Positions 1-9,200 of a stretch of 64,000 nt of DNA are shown here, in pieces (the first letter of the stretch is position 1; every line of letters begins with the position of its first letter). The notes beneath the pieces were generated by a model, which saw only the letters and a program-made list of their open reading frames with translations, searched no databases and was not told the origin of the DNA. Location of the stretch: positions 62,001-126,000 of the IMG/VR virus record IMGVR_UViG_3300038424_000251; one strand, given 5' to 3'. A program made the position numbers and the translations under genes.

Positions 1-153
1 TTCAACACCATTACAACCGATAAGAAAAGACAGTTGACGTTAAGAGAACTATTTTATATAATGTATGGAAAAGATGCACAATTTATTGATGTTGAGAATG
101 TTATGGAGATTGCTAGAACCATCAATAAACTTTTTTTATTGAGAGAAGTATAA
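1..153 (+). CDS. 3' end of a gene truncated by the window edge (…MYGKDAQFIDVENVMEIARTINKLFLLREV*), possibly a vWA/CobT-like C-terminus
   Basis: Frame 1 is open from base 1 to TAA at 151-153; the product guess is weak. Confidence 0.55.
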   Translation, partial: FNTITTDKKRQLTLRELFYIMYGKDAQFIDVENVMEIARTINKLFLLREV

Positions 154-160
154 ATAGATG

Positions 161-189
161 TTGACAAAACAAAGAATTTATGATATAGT
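161..189 (+). promoter_or_regulatory. sigma70-like promoter TTGACA-17-TATAGT with extended -10 TG
   Basis: Direct motif match upstream of ORF 241. Confidence 0.75.
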
Positions 190-240
190 GATTATAATAT
201 AAGTTCTATATTTAATAGAGCACAACAAGAAGGTATAGTT

Positions 241-642
241 ATGAGTATTAGAAAAACACAACGTAAAAATAAAACAAAGCAAGTTATTTCTTGGCCACCA
301 CACGATTCATATTTTACTATTGATAGTTTGGTAGAAATAAATCCTCATATGCTTACATCATCAGGTTCAGATATCACTCTGAGAGTTCGATTGAACAAAG
401 CAACAGATGAAGAAGGATTGGTAGCAGTAATAGGCCAAAAAAATTGTGGTAAAGGAAGACCGCAAAAAGTTTGGGCTATGCGACCTGTTAAACAATCTGC
501 TATTGACAAAGCAAAAGCTGATGGCATTTCTTTAGATATACCAAAAATTATGACCGTTATGGAAATTTCCACACAAACAGCTACTCCTGCCGTAACACCC
601 GTTACAAATATAGCGTCAACCGCCAAGACAGTAAATGCTTAA
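241..642 (+). CDS. putative winged-helix DNA-binding protein
   Basis: ITLRVRL helix followed by GKGRPQKVW wing-like motif; low-complexity Thr/Ala tail. Confidence 0.5.
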   Translation: MSIRKTQRKNKTKQVISWPPHDSYFTIDSLVEINPHMLTSSGSDITLRVRLNKATDEEGLVAVIGQKNCGKGRPQKVWAMRPVKQSAIDKAKADGISLDIPKIMTVMEISTQTATPAVTPVTNIASTAKTVNA

Positions 643-665
643 TCATATTAAAAAATATCATACAT

Positions 666-860
666 ATGAAAAGAAAAAAGATTGCGAAAAAGAAATCGCA
701 TTTGATTGACTTACATATGTATGGTATTTTTGATGTCAAGAGAAATACAATAATCAAAATTAGCCTTGACCCAACAGAAATACAAATGGAAATAGCCCTT
801 TCAGGTGGGTTAAATGAAAATCTTACAGAATGTGAATTTAACGTTAAACTAGCTATTTAA
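666..860 (+). CDS. hypothetical protein
   Basis: 64 aa ORF in operon position. Confidence 0.55.
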   Translation: MKRKKIAKKKSHLIDLHMYGIFDVKRNTIIKISLDPTEIQMEIALSGGLNENLTECEFNVKLAI

Positions 861-1369
861 CTTTTTCCTTTGTAAGTCATAAAAAGTTTGAAGGAATTTT
901 TAACTGCAATGTCTTCTTTATAGTAAAAAATAGTTGATGTTTTACTAATTTTATTTATTACTGCTTGAATTCTTTGATTAGACCCATAGGCCAAAGGCAT
1001 ACCAAATTCATCGTCAAATATCACCGATAAAACAGGACTGATTTTGAAATGATGATAGAAGAATTTATTAGGGTCCAGATAATGATATCTTAATGGTGGT
1101 TTTTGATGTAAGCCTTCTCCTTTGATTTCTATATATTTATTTGGTCCTTTTTCAAAAAACATTTGAGAATTCAATTCATAGTAAAACACAAAAGAATTTG
1201 GAGGAAGTTTGGTAGATTTTATAATAGCTATTGAACCTATCACAATAGGCATATCCATTTTAGCATCAAACAAAGCATCATTAGTCTCACTAAGTTTAAA
1301 ACAATGATAATATTTTGGTTTCGGTTGTTTTTTTATAACTTCTTTATCATTGACTTTATTTGTTGGCAT
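857..1369 (-). CDS. hypothetical protein with internal duplication (YHCFKLS…FDAKMDMPIVIGS / YHHFKIS…FDDEFGMPLAYGS)
   Basis: 170 aa ORF with two similar ~80 aa halves. Confidence 0.7.
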   Translation of the reverse strand: MPTNKVNDKEVIKKQPKPKYYHCFKLSETNDALFDAKMDMPIVIGSIAIIKSTKLPPNSFVFYYELNSQMFFEKGPNKYIEIKGEGLHQKPPLRYHYLDPNKFFYHHFKISPVLSVIFDDEFGMPLAYGSNQRIQAVINKISKTSTIFYYKEDIAVKNSFKLFMTYKGKS

Positions 1370-1377
1370 AATACAAT
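1350..1377 (+). promoter_or_regulatory. sigma70-like promoter TTGACT-16-TACAAT, 6 nt before the ATG at 1384 (leaderless)
   Basis: Motif match; lies inside the start of the divergent gene. Confidence 0.6.
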
Positions 1378-1383
1378 ATAAGT

Positions 1384-2724
1384 ATGAGTGAAGAATCTTT
1401 TTTCAATTTTGAACCACGGTCTGATGATATCAAGAAGAAAATATCAGAAGAAAGAAAAAAGATGAATGAGCCATTGGGGAAATATGCAAACAATGACATC
1501 GTTAAATCTACAACGGGAGAAGATATTTTTAATTTTGAAAAAAATAAGCAGAAACTTATAGATGATTTGAATTGGTTAAAATCTCTCAAAGTTGAAGAAT
1601 TTACATTTCGTAAAAAATTTGAAGAAATTCAATTGGTAAATGATTTTATTAAAAAATATGATACTAGAGCAAAAGCTAGAATATGGGAACCGACAAATAT
1701 CAATGATGAAGAACTTACCATTAAGGAAATCAACATTCTTCAACCGAAAGTAATTGTTGTTGTTGATGAATTTCAAGAACGGCTTTGGACTACTTTGAGA
1801 ATTTATTGCAGCACAGCAGAATATAACCAAGCACCCGGACGATTCATAAAATTCCTAATGATAGATAATATATCAAATCAAGTGTTGGGTATAGCTTCTA
1901 TTGCTAGTGATGTTATTTCTATATCTGCCAGAGATAAATTTATTGGTTGGACATCAGAAGATAAATTACAACACAAAATGTTGAAATATTCTGCTATAGG
2001 AACTACTATTGTTCCTACACAGCCACTTGGAATAAATTTTTTAGGTGGAAAACTTATAGCAGCATTGGTGACTTCTGATGTAGTTAGAAATGAATGGGAA
2101 AATGAAGATTTAGATAAAACAAAATCTAAACCCTGTAAGTTAGTTGGAATGACAACTACCAGCTTATATGGTCGTCCCTCTATGTATGATGCCATGAAAT
2201 GGTGGAAAGGTGTTGGACTTTCAAAGGGTAAAATACCCATTAAACCCTATGAAGATGTTTATAAAGATTGGCATGATTGGTTAAAGCAATATAAAAAAGA
2301 AAAGTATGATGAAGCTATGAAACAGAAAGAAGGCGTATCTGGCCCAGTTACAGGCGCAAAAATGAGAGTATTGTCGATGATATTTGATGCTTGCGACATT
2401 AAGCAATCAGAATATTGCCATGGATATGAAAGAGGTGTTTATTATTCGTGTTTTTATGAAAATACAAAAGAATTTCTCTGTAGAAAAATTACAGAGAATA
2501 AATTAGTTATGAAACCACTATTTAAAGATGGGGTAAAAGCTATTTTGGAATGGTGGCGACCAAAAGCTATACAAAGATATAAAAAATTGAAAGCAGAAGG
2601 AAGATTGAATCCGAACAAACTGTTTTATAATGAAATGGATAGAAATATAGTTTATCCTTCCATGACGGATAAAGAGGCATATAATGAAGTAAAGAAAAAA
2701 TTCTTCATTGATGTAGGCCGATAA
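1384..2724 (+). CDS. DUF4338/DruA-like protein (GNAT/Mom-related fold), long form
   Basis: PGRFIKFL…LGIASIASD…RDKFIGW…IVPTQPLG.NFLGGKLIA…TTSLYG motifs typical of DUF4338. Confidence 0.8.
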   Translation: MSEESFFNFEPRSDDIKKKISEERKKMNEPLGKYANNDIVKSTTGEDIFNFEKNKQKLIDDLNWLKSLKVEEFTFRKKFEEIQLVNDFIKKYDTRAKARIWEPTNINDEELTIKEINILQPKVIVVVDEFQERLWTTLRIYCSTAEYNQAPGRFIKFLMIDNISNQVLGIASIASDVISISARDKFIGWTSEDKLQHKMLKYSAIGTTIVPTQPLGINFLGGKLIAALVTSDVVRNEWENEDLDKTKSKPCKLVGMTTTSLYGRPSMYDAMKWWKGVGLSKGKIPIKPYEDVYKDWHDWLKQYKKEKYDEAMKQKEGVSGPVTGAKMRVLSMIFDACDIKQSEYCHGYERGVYYSCFYENTKEFLCRKITENKLVMKPLFKDGVKAILEWWRPKAIQRYKKLKAEGRLNPNKLFYNEMDRNIVYPSMTDKEAYNEVKKKFFIDVGR

Positions 2725-2735
2725 TAATAAACCCT

Positions 2736-2909
2736 ATGGGAAGAACATACAGAAAAAATGACAGGTGGAAGAAGGACCGAAGGGACCAAAACTTCAAGAA
2801 AAGTAAAAAATTCAAAAAATTTAAAAATGGTAAATTTAAACCATCTAAATTAAATCTGCCAAAAGTAGAAAATGAACTAACCGATACAGATGATTCTATT
2901 GATTCTTAA
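2736..2909 (+). CDS. small highly basic protein (57 aa, MGRTYRKNDRWKKDRR…), not on the ORF track
   Basis: ATG 2736 to TAA 2909 fills the intergenic gap; K/R-rich with acidic tail. Confidence 0.6.
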   Translation: MGRTYRKNDRWKKDRRDQNFKKSKKFKKFKNGKFKPSKLNLPKVENELTDTDDSIDS

Positions 2910-3258
2910 AATTTTAATTTGGATATTACTTTGCGGAATAATATATTATCTACTGTTGCGTATCCAAAAACTAAAAATACGTTTGGATGCGTTCACATAT
3001 GCTACATTGATATCCAATGGAAAAGATTTGAAAAGTATTTGTGACAAATGTAAAAAATATGGATTAACTAGAGATGAAATAGAATCAGTTGTTAGTGTAT
3101 ATAACTTACATACCAATATAAATTCTTTACATAAGAGTCAAAAAGTGTTAGTGTCATCTATTAAAGAGTTATACAGAGTATTAAGAAGGTATGATAAAAA
3201 TTTCAGACGACAAATCAAAATCGACATTGGTAAAGAAACGAGGACGGAAGAAACTTGA
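2890..3258 (+). CDS. hypothetical membrane-anchored protein
   Basis: N-terminal hydrophobic helix. Confidence 0.6.
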   Translation: MILLILKILIWILLCGIIYYLLLRIQKLKIRLDAFTYATLISNGKDLKSICDKCKKYGLTRDEIESVVSVYNLHTNINSLHKSQKVLVSSIKELYRVLRRYDKNFRRQIKIDIGKETRTEET

Positions 3259-3727
3259 AAACCCGACAATAAAAGGAATAGGGTTGTTTGACCATGTTAA
3301 ACATATTCGTTCTATTCAAAACTCCGATTACTTTAAAAGTTTGACTGAATTAGACGTGAAATCGTTTAATCATTTTATGATACTTAAAGCATTAAGTATG
3401 AATCCCGCTCTTTTAGAAGATATTTCTACTTTATTCAGATATTTTGATAAAATACCATCACCACAATTTTATCAACTTCTTATCGGTTTAATTCCTCCAG
3501 ATAAAAGATTTTATCCTTGGGTTAAAGCTAAAAAAGTTCCGTTCAATGTAAAATTGATTGAATTGATATCAATGTATTTTGAAATTTCTCAAAAAGAAGC
3601 TGCAGAATACGCAACGTTGTTATTCTCAACTGATAAAGGTAAAAAAGAATTGGAAAACCTTTGTAGAGCTTATGGATTGACGGATAAGGAAGTTGAAGAA
3701 ATTATGAAAGGATATGATGATGAATAA
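3191..3727 (+). CDS. clamp loader small subunit, T4 gp62-like
   Basis: FNHFMILKALS…QFYQLLIGLIPPDKRFYPWVKAK…LISMYFEISQKEAAEY pattern matches the gp62 family. Confidence 0.75.
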   Translation: MIKISDDKSKSTLVKKRGRKKLENPTIKGIGLFDHVKHIRSIQNSDYFKSLTELDVKSFNHFMILKALSMNPALLEDISTLFRYFDKIPSPQFYQLLIGLIPPDKRFYPWVKAKKVPFNVKLIELISMYFEISQKEAAEYATLLFSTDKGKKELENLCRAYGLTDKEVEEIMKGYDDE

Positions 3728-4133
3728 AAGTATTATAACTAAGAAAATAATAACAGATTCTAAACCAAGTTTTGTAATTAAAGATTCGGGTAATAGGCAA
3801 AAATATATTACTGGTGCTCAAAGAGATACGCAAGAAGGAAAAGGTAGATTTGACCTTCTTCCTGTTCATGCTATAACTAGGCTTGCCCAACATTTTGAAA
3901 ATGGTGCAAAAAAATATGATGCAGATAATTGGAGAAGAGGAATACCTCTTAATCGTTATTTAGATTCTGCTCTTAGACATTTGTTTGAATTTGCTGATGG
4001 CGAAAAGGATGAAGACCATGCTATTGCTGCTGCGTGGAATATTCTTTGTCTTGTAGAAACGGAATATATGATTAAAAAAGGTATTCTCCCAAAAGAATTG
4101 AATACTCTTAGAAAATTACCAAAAGAAAATTAA
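3714..4133 (+). CDS. dATP/dGTP diphosphohydrolase-domain protein (DUF5664)
   Basis: GKGRFDLLP…GAKKYDADNWRRGI…DSALRHL…EDHAIAAAWN. Confidence 0.85.
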   Translation: MMMNKSIITKKIITDSKPSFVIKDSGNRQKYITGAQRDTQEGKGRFDLLPVHAITRLAQHFENGAKKYDADNWRRGIPLNRYLDSALRHLFEFADGEKDEDHAIAAAWNILCLVETEYMIKKGILPKELNTLRKLPKEN

Positions 4134-4136
4134 ATC

Positions 4137-4877
4137 ATGTCTGTTGAAGTTTCTTTTTTTGATATCAAAGTAAAACCTAATTCTCCTGTATATTTGGTGG
4201 AATGTGATTCACCAGAACAAAACAAGATTTTCAGAAATACCATTGATAATTTTCACAGTTATGTAAAATATACCGATTCTCCTACACGAAATCTTAGATG
4301 GTTAGTCTATGAAACAGAGTCAGGCAATCAAATAGGCGCAATTGGGCTATCTTCTGCTACTATTGCTGTATCAATCAGAGATAAATTTATAGGTTGGGAT
4401 AATAAAACCAAAATAAAAAACTTATGTAACTTAGCAAATAATTCACGATTTTGTTTAGCTCAACCTAGGATTTCCATAAAGAATGCTGCATCTTCAACTC
4501 TTAAACAATTGAGGATTGAGGGAGCTAAACGGTGGAAAGAAAAATATGGAGATGAACTTATTTTATTAGAAACTTTTGTTCAACCTGAAAGAGATGAAGA
4601 ATATCAAGGAAACAAAACTCGTCGTGGTTCATGTTATCGTGCTGATAATTGGATGGAGTTAGGTCTTACCAGTGGAAGTTCTTTCAAAAAATGTCCATTA
4701 TTACTATGGCAAAAGGAAACTGGAGAAAGAGGAAGAATTGCAAGAGAGAATCCTAAACTTGCTATGGAAACGTATGGAAATTATGGTGGTAAACAATATA
4801 TTGTAACTCAATCTAAGCAAAAACTAATGTTTATAAAACCCCTAGTTAAAAATTGGAAAAAAAGACTAACCCAATAG
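4137..4877 (+). CDS. DUF4338/DruA-like protein, short form
   Basis: HSY…RNLRWLV…IGAIGLSS…RDKFIGW…ANNSRFC…LETFV…GSCYRADNW. Confidence 0.85.
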   Translation: MSVEVSFFDIKVKPNSPVYLVECDSPEQNKIFRNTIDNFHSYVKYTDSPTRNLRWLVYETESGNQIGAIGLSSATIAVSIRDKFIGWDNKTKIKNLCNLANNSRFCLAQPRISIKNAASSTLKQLRIEGAKRWKEKYGDELILLETFVQPERDEEYQGNKTRRGSCYRADNWMELGLTSGSSFKKCPLLLWQKETGERGRIARENPKLAMETYGNYGGKQYIVTQSKQKLMFIKPLVKNWKKRLTQ

Positions 4878-4881
4878 AAGA

Positions 4882-5169
4882 TTATCGTGAAAGTGTAGAA
4901 ATTATCTGATTGTTGAGATAAAATTGTATTCTATTGTCATTAGTTTTGGATAATAATGTATAAGCAAAATTTTGTGACCTACATGCAAAAGCAGTATAAT
5001 GCCGTTTACATTGGTTGTATCTATCTTGTTTTGCTTGTGGTGGTTCACAGGCACACATACGGACTAATATATCCATACATGTAACTAGATTTTGAGATTC
5101 AGGACACATTCCTGCTAATCCATTTCTTATTAGGAAATTATATAAATCATTGGGACCGTTTATATTCAT
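4882..5169 (-). CDS. hypothetical Cys-rich protein
   Basis: 95 aa ORF, coupled to the upstream gene. Confidence 0.6.
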   Translation of the reverse strand: MNINGPNDLYNFLIRNGLAGMCPESQNLVTCMDILVRMCACEPPQAKQDRYNQCKRHYTAFACRSQNFAYTLLSKTNDNRIQFYLNNQIISTLSR

Positions 5170-5540
5170 GTTGAAAATTTAATTAATCCATTAATAATTC
5201 CGTATGTTATAAGTGATAAAATACATACTGTAGGGATTAATACCAAAATGTAGAAATCTAACAAGGTAATAGAGATTATTGAGCATAATATTATTGATAA
5301 CCATACTGATAAGCATAATGGACATGATAACATTTTAGTAATGAAATTATGATATTTTATGTCAAGAAAATGTGGATAATCAATCATTAATGAATTTTCT
5401 TCACGCTTCATTGAGTAAAACTCATTTACTTTTAACAATTTTGATAAACCTAGCAATGAACCCCATTCAATTATTGCATCGGATTTTAGCCATACTAACA
5501 TTATGAGTGTTATTAGATTTACTAAGTAAAATAATTCCAT
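5166..5540 (-). CDS. membrane protein with CPLCLSVW motif (DUF1360-like)
   Basis: Three hydrophobic segments, CxxC; preceded by TATTTAT motif. Confidence 0.6.
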   Translation of the reverse strand: MELFYLVNLITLIMLVWLKSDAIIEWGSLLGLSKLLKVNEFYSMKREENSLMIDYPHFLDIKYHNFITKMLSCPLCLSVWLSIILCSIISITLLDFYILVLIPTVCILSLITYGIINGLIKFST

Positions 5541-5576
5541 TGTATCAATAAATAGATTATGTGCAATTAAAAAAAC

Positions 5577-5604
5577 TTGTAACGTGAAAAGTTTGTGTTA
5601 AAAT
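5577..5604 (+). promoter_or_regulatory. sigma70-like promoter TTGTAA-16-TAAAAT for the rfbH/epimerase pair
   Basis: Motif match with TG extension. Confidence 0.45.
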
Positions 5605-5617
5605 TATAATTTAAAAT

Positions 5618-6916
5618 ATGAATCAACGTTCTCCGAAAGACAAAATAAGGGATTTAATATCAGATTTAAAAAAAGATGCATCTATACCTCAATTTTGTTA
5701 TAATATAAATAGCAAAAATGATTCTGTGTATTATGGTGGCCCATTATATGATGACGAAGAATTGACAGAAGCTATATACACATTATTATTTGGAAAGTGG
5801 TTAGTATCAGGTGAAAATGTGAACAAATTTGAGAAAGAGTTTTCTGTTTATATAAATTTAAAATATTCTCTCATGGTAAATTCTGGAAGTTCTGCTAACT
5901 TACTTATTGTTTTAACTCTTAAAAAATATCTCGGATGGAAAGACAATGATGAAATAATAGTATCATCTGTTGGATTTCCTACTACTGTAAATCCAATTAT
6001 TCAATCTAATTTAAAACCTGTCTTTTGTGATATAGAATTAGATACATTGAATTTTGACATAAATGAGATAAAGAAAAAAATAAACAAAAAAACAAAGGCT
6101 ATCATAGTCTCCCCTGTATTGGGAAATCCACCCAATATGACAGAATTGAAATCTTTGTGTAAAAATCATGATATCATAATGATAATGGATGGGTGTGACT
6201 CTTTGGGAAGTAAGTGGGATGATAAACATTTGGCTGAGTATGGTATAATGTCCAGTTGTTCTTTTTATCCAGCACACCATATCACGACAGGAGAAGGAGG
6301 TATGATATCAACCAATAATGAAGAGTTGATTAATTTATCAAGAAGTTTAGCTTGGTGGGGAAGAGGATGTCATTGTGTTGGTCCTGCTAATTTATTAAAA
6401 AATGGAAGTTGTGGAAGTAGATTTTCAAATTGGATACCAGAATTAGACTTTATAACAGACCATAGATATTTTTATCCCAATATAGGATACAATCTAAAAC
6501 CATTAGATTTACAGGGTGCAATTGGATTAGCTCAATTGAAAAAACTAAATTATATACACTCCAAAAGAACAGAATATAAGAATAGAATTCAAAAAATTTT
6601 ATCAAGGGTAAAAAAATTATCATTTCCAAAGCAATATAATAATGCATATGTATCTTGGTTTGGAGTTCCAATAATTTGTGAATCGTCAGGTGTAAAAGAA
6701 AGATTTGTGAAGTATTTGGAATCTAATAGAATACAGACTAGAAATTATTTTGCAGGTAATTTACTTTTGCATCCTGCATATAAGCATTTAGATAACTGGA
6801 AATTGTATCCGAATGCTAATATGGTATTGGAAAAAATATTTTTCATAGGATGTTCTCCAACTATGACAGACAAAAATATAGATTACATTGAAGAAGTAAT
6901 ATCAAAATATGAATAA
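5618..6916 (+). CDS. rfbH: CDP-4-keto-6-deoxyglucose 3-dehydratase (E1, DegT/DnrJ family)
   Basis: VNSGSSAN, SFYPAHHITTGEGG (His in place of the PLP Lys), GRGCHC…SCG Fe-S cysteines, GYNLKPLDLQGA. Confidence 0.85.
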   Translation: MNQRSPKDKIRDLISDLKKDASIPQFCYNINSKNDSVYYGGPLYDDEELTEAIYTLLFGKWLVSGENVNKFEKEFSVYINLKYSLMVNSGSSANLLIVLTLKKYLGWKDNDEIIVSSVGFPTTVNPIIQSNLKPVFCDIELDTLNFDINEIKKKINKKTKAIIVSPVLGNPPNMTELKSLCKNHDIIMIMDGCDSLGSKWDDKHLAEYGIMSSCSFYPAHHITTGEGGMISTNNEELINLSRSLAWWGRGCHCVGPANLLKNGSCGSRFSNWIPELDFITDHRYFYPNIGYNLKPLDLQGAIGLAQLKKLNYIHSKRTEYKNRIQKILSRVKKLSFPKQYNNAYVSWFGVPIICESSGVKERFVKYLESNRIQTRNYFAGNLLLHPAYKHLDNWKLYPNANMVLEKIFFIGCSPTMTDKNIDYIEEVISKYE

Positions 6917-7751
6917 AATAGATTTATTTGGTGGAACAGGTTTTATAGGTTCTCATTTTAAGAAGTTATATGGTGATGATGTGTATGTTCATCCAAGAAA
7001 TTCTGCCAAACCAGTTACAGACAACGTGTTATACATGATAAGTACCACCGACAATTATAATGTATATAGCGACTTGATGGTGGATATTGATACAAATTTG
7101 ACTCACTTATTAAGAGTTTTGGATTATTATAGAGATGATGAATCATTAAGAAAAAATTCTATTTTTAATTTTGTAAGTTCGTGGTTTGTGTATGGAAAAA
7201 TTTATGATTTACCTGCTAAAGAAACGTCTATTTGTAATCCCAAAGGATTTTATTCCATAACTAAAAAATGCGCAGAAGATTTATTAATATCTTTTTGTGA
7301 AACATATGATTTGAAGTACAGAATTTTTAGATTATGTAATGTCTATGGTATAGGTGATAAAGACGTATCGAAAAGAAAAAATGCTTTACAATACTTAATA
7401 AATGAAATAAAAAATAATAGACCTATACAATTATATTATGGTGGGAATTTTATCAGGGATTATATGGATGGAGATGATATTTGTAGAGCTATTAATTTGT
7501 GTATGAACGTTTCTAATGTCAATCAAATCATAAACATAGGAAGCGGAATACCACAAAATTTTGGAGAAATTATACATTCTGTAGTTAAAGAAACCGGTTC
7601 GACCAGTTTAATAACTGCTATAGACCCTTCTGATTTCCACAAGCATGTTCAAGTGAAAGATATGTATTTAGATATTACTAAACTTAAAAATTTGGGATTT
7701 ATACAACAGGTCAAAATATTTGATGGCATTAAAAAGATTTTAAATTCGTAA
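6909..7751 (+). CDS. NAD-dependent epimerase/reductase (nucleotide-sugar SDR)
   Basis: GGTGFIG, YSITK (YxxxK), RLCNVYG, RDY. Confidence 0.85.
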   Translation: MNKIDLFGGTGFIGSHFKKLYGDDVYVHPRNSAKPVTDNVLYMISTTDNYNVYSDLMVDIDTNLTHLLRVLDYYRDDESLRKNSIFNFVSSWFVYGKIYDLPAKETSICNPKGFYSITKKCAEDLLISFCETYDLKYRIFRLCNVYGIGDKDVSKRKNALQYLINEIKNNRPIQLYYGGNFIRDYMDGDDICRAINLCMNVSNVNQIINIGSGIPQNFGEIIHSVVKETGSTSLITAIDPSDFHKHVQVKDMYLDITKLKNLGFIQQVKIFDGIKKILNS

Positions 7752-8496
7752 CAGGGTCATGTTTTGGATAACTACCCCATTTATATTTGAAATACTCAAA
7801 TCCTTCTACTTCTTTTTTTCTTGTATTTTCTGCTTGTTCAGATGACCTAGTTCCAATACTGACAAAATGGTAAAAATTACAGTTGTAATTTCTATTCAAA
7901 TTCATTTTACATAAATTACATTTTAAGAAAAAGTCCCAATCAACAACGTTTCCACTAGGATATGTTTCATCCCAACCACCAACTTTTAGATAATTGGTTT
8001 TGGACATTAAAAACGGCAATGTTGACCCGCAAGAATCAACTTTATTTTGTCGCATTGTAGATTCCAATCTATAAAAATTATTCAAGTCAAATGTTTTTGC
8101 ATTTGTTCCAAAATCATATTTTATGAACTGCTTGAACATACTGTCATAAGGCTCTATTTGATTTGGACTTACAACATCGGTTTCCTTGTTGAAATTCTCT
8201 AGCAAAATTTTATCCCATTCTTTAGGGAATACGTTATCATCGTTGACAACTAAAATATTTTCAAAAGATGCATTATATACTCCAAAATTGGTTGACTTTG
8301 ATTGTCCATAATTACTTTCAAATATAATTGGAATTATTTGACTCTCATACTTTTTCAATATAGAATTGTTTATATCCAACGTTCCATCTATAACTACAAT
8401 TATCTCATTCTTGTAAATTTGGCTGCTTAATGCAGACCTGATGCACAAATCAAGATAATCGGGTTCTTTGTATGTTGGAATTATTACAGAAATCAT
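7729..8496 (-). CDS. glycosyltransferase family 2
   Basis: ISVIIPTY, VVIDG, NDDN, VGGWDE…DWDF. Confidence 0.85.
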   Translation of the reverse strand: MISVIIPTYKEPDYLDLCIRSALSSQIYKNEIIVVIDGTLDINNSILKKYESQIIPIIFESNYGQSKSTNFGVYNASFENILVVNDDNVFPKEWDKILLENFNKETDVVSPNQIEPYDSMFKQFIKYDFGTNAKTFDLNNFYRLESTMRQNKVDSCGSTLPFLMSKTNYLKVGGWDETYPSGNVVDWDFFLKCNLCKMNLNRNYNCNFYHFVSIGTRSSEQAENTRKKEVEGFEYFKYKWGSYPKHDPVTNLKSF

Positions 8497-9200
8497 AAAA
8501 TCTCATTGTCCCAATTTATTAGTGGCGCTAACCAAGGCAAATCGCCATGTGTGGAATAACTTGGAATCGGTGTTATCAATGTTCTTCCTTTGTCTCTTAA
8601 TTTCAAGAACATTCTGAAATCTTCGGGATAAGAACCAACTGTCCATTTTCTAAGTATAGGTTCATCTTCTCGTAATGTCTTTAATTTAGCTGCAAATGTC
8701 ATTGTTGTGGAATTGGTAAGTTTCCAATGACAGGATTTGCTTAGAAATACTTTGGTTATTTCACCACCATTTTCAATAAAAGGATTTCCACCTTTATCAC
8801 CATTCAAATATTTGTCAGGATGGTCATATAAGGAAATATAATCTGTACCTATATCAAATCCTTCTTCCATTATTGACTTTGAATTTTTACGGTGGATATA
8901 ATCATTTTCAACAAAATAGATTATTTCATCATCATTTTTTTGTTTTAATGCTAAATCTAACACTCTGTTGAAAGTCTGTGCGCTACTGCCCAAATTTGAT
9001 GAAATAATTGTATCTGCTGAAACTATATCTTGGACCATTTTATAAGTCTCATCGCAAACTCTATCAACTAAAATAAAAAAATTGTTGAGTTTATTATTGA
9101 GGAAATTTCGCTTAAAATTTTCGAGACAATTTTTATTGTTTATAAGGGGATGTTTTATTTTCTTATAACCAGCATCACTTAATCTGTAAAATATTATCAT
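8493..9200 (-). CDS. putative GT-A fold glycosyltransferase
   Basis: IIYFVENDYIH (DxD-like); cluster context. Confidence 0.6.
   Translation of the reverse strand: MIIFYRLSDAGYKKIKHPLINNKNCLENFKRNFLNNKLNNFFILVDRVCDETYKMVQDIVSADTIISSNLGSSAQTFNRVLDLALKQKNDDEIIYFVENDYIHRKNSKSIMEEGFDIGTDYISLYDHPDKYLNGDKGGNPFIENGGEITKVFLSKSCHWKLTNSTTMTFAAKLKTLREDEPILRKWTVGSYPEDFRMFLKLRDKGRTLITPIPSYSTHGDLPWLAPLINWDNEIL

Noticed and set aside
3714-4133. Z-genome (2-aminoadenine) pathway
   Set aside because: No PurZ or DatZ in the window; DUF5664 alone is insufficient evidence
1384-4877. Druantia defence system
   Set aside because: Only DruA-like genes are present; the 551-aa helicase at 50237 is far too small and distant to be DruE
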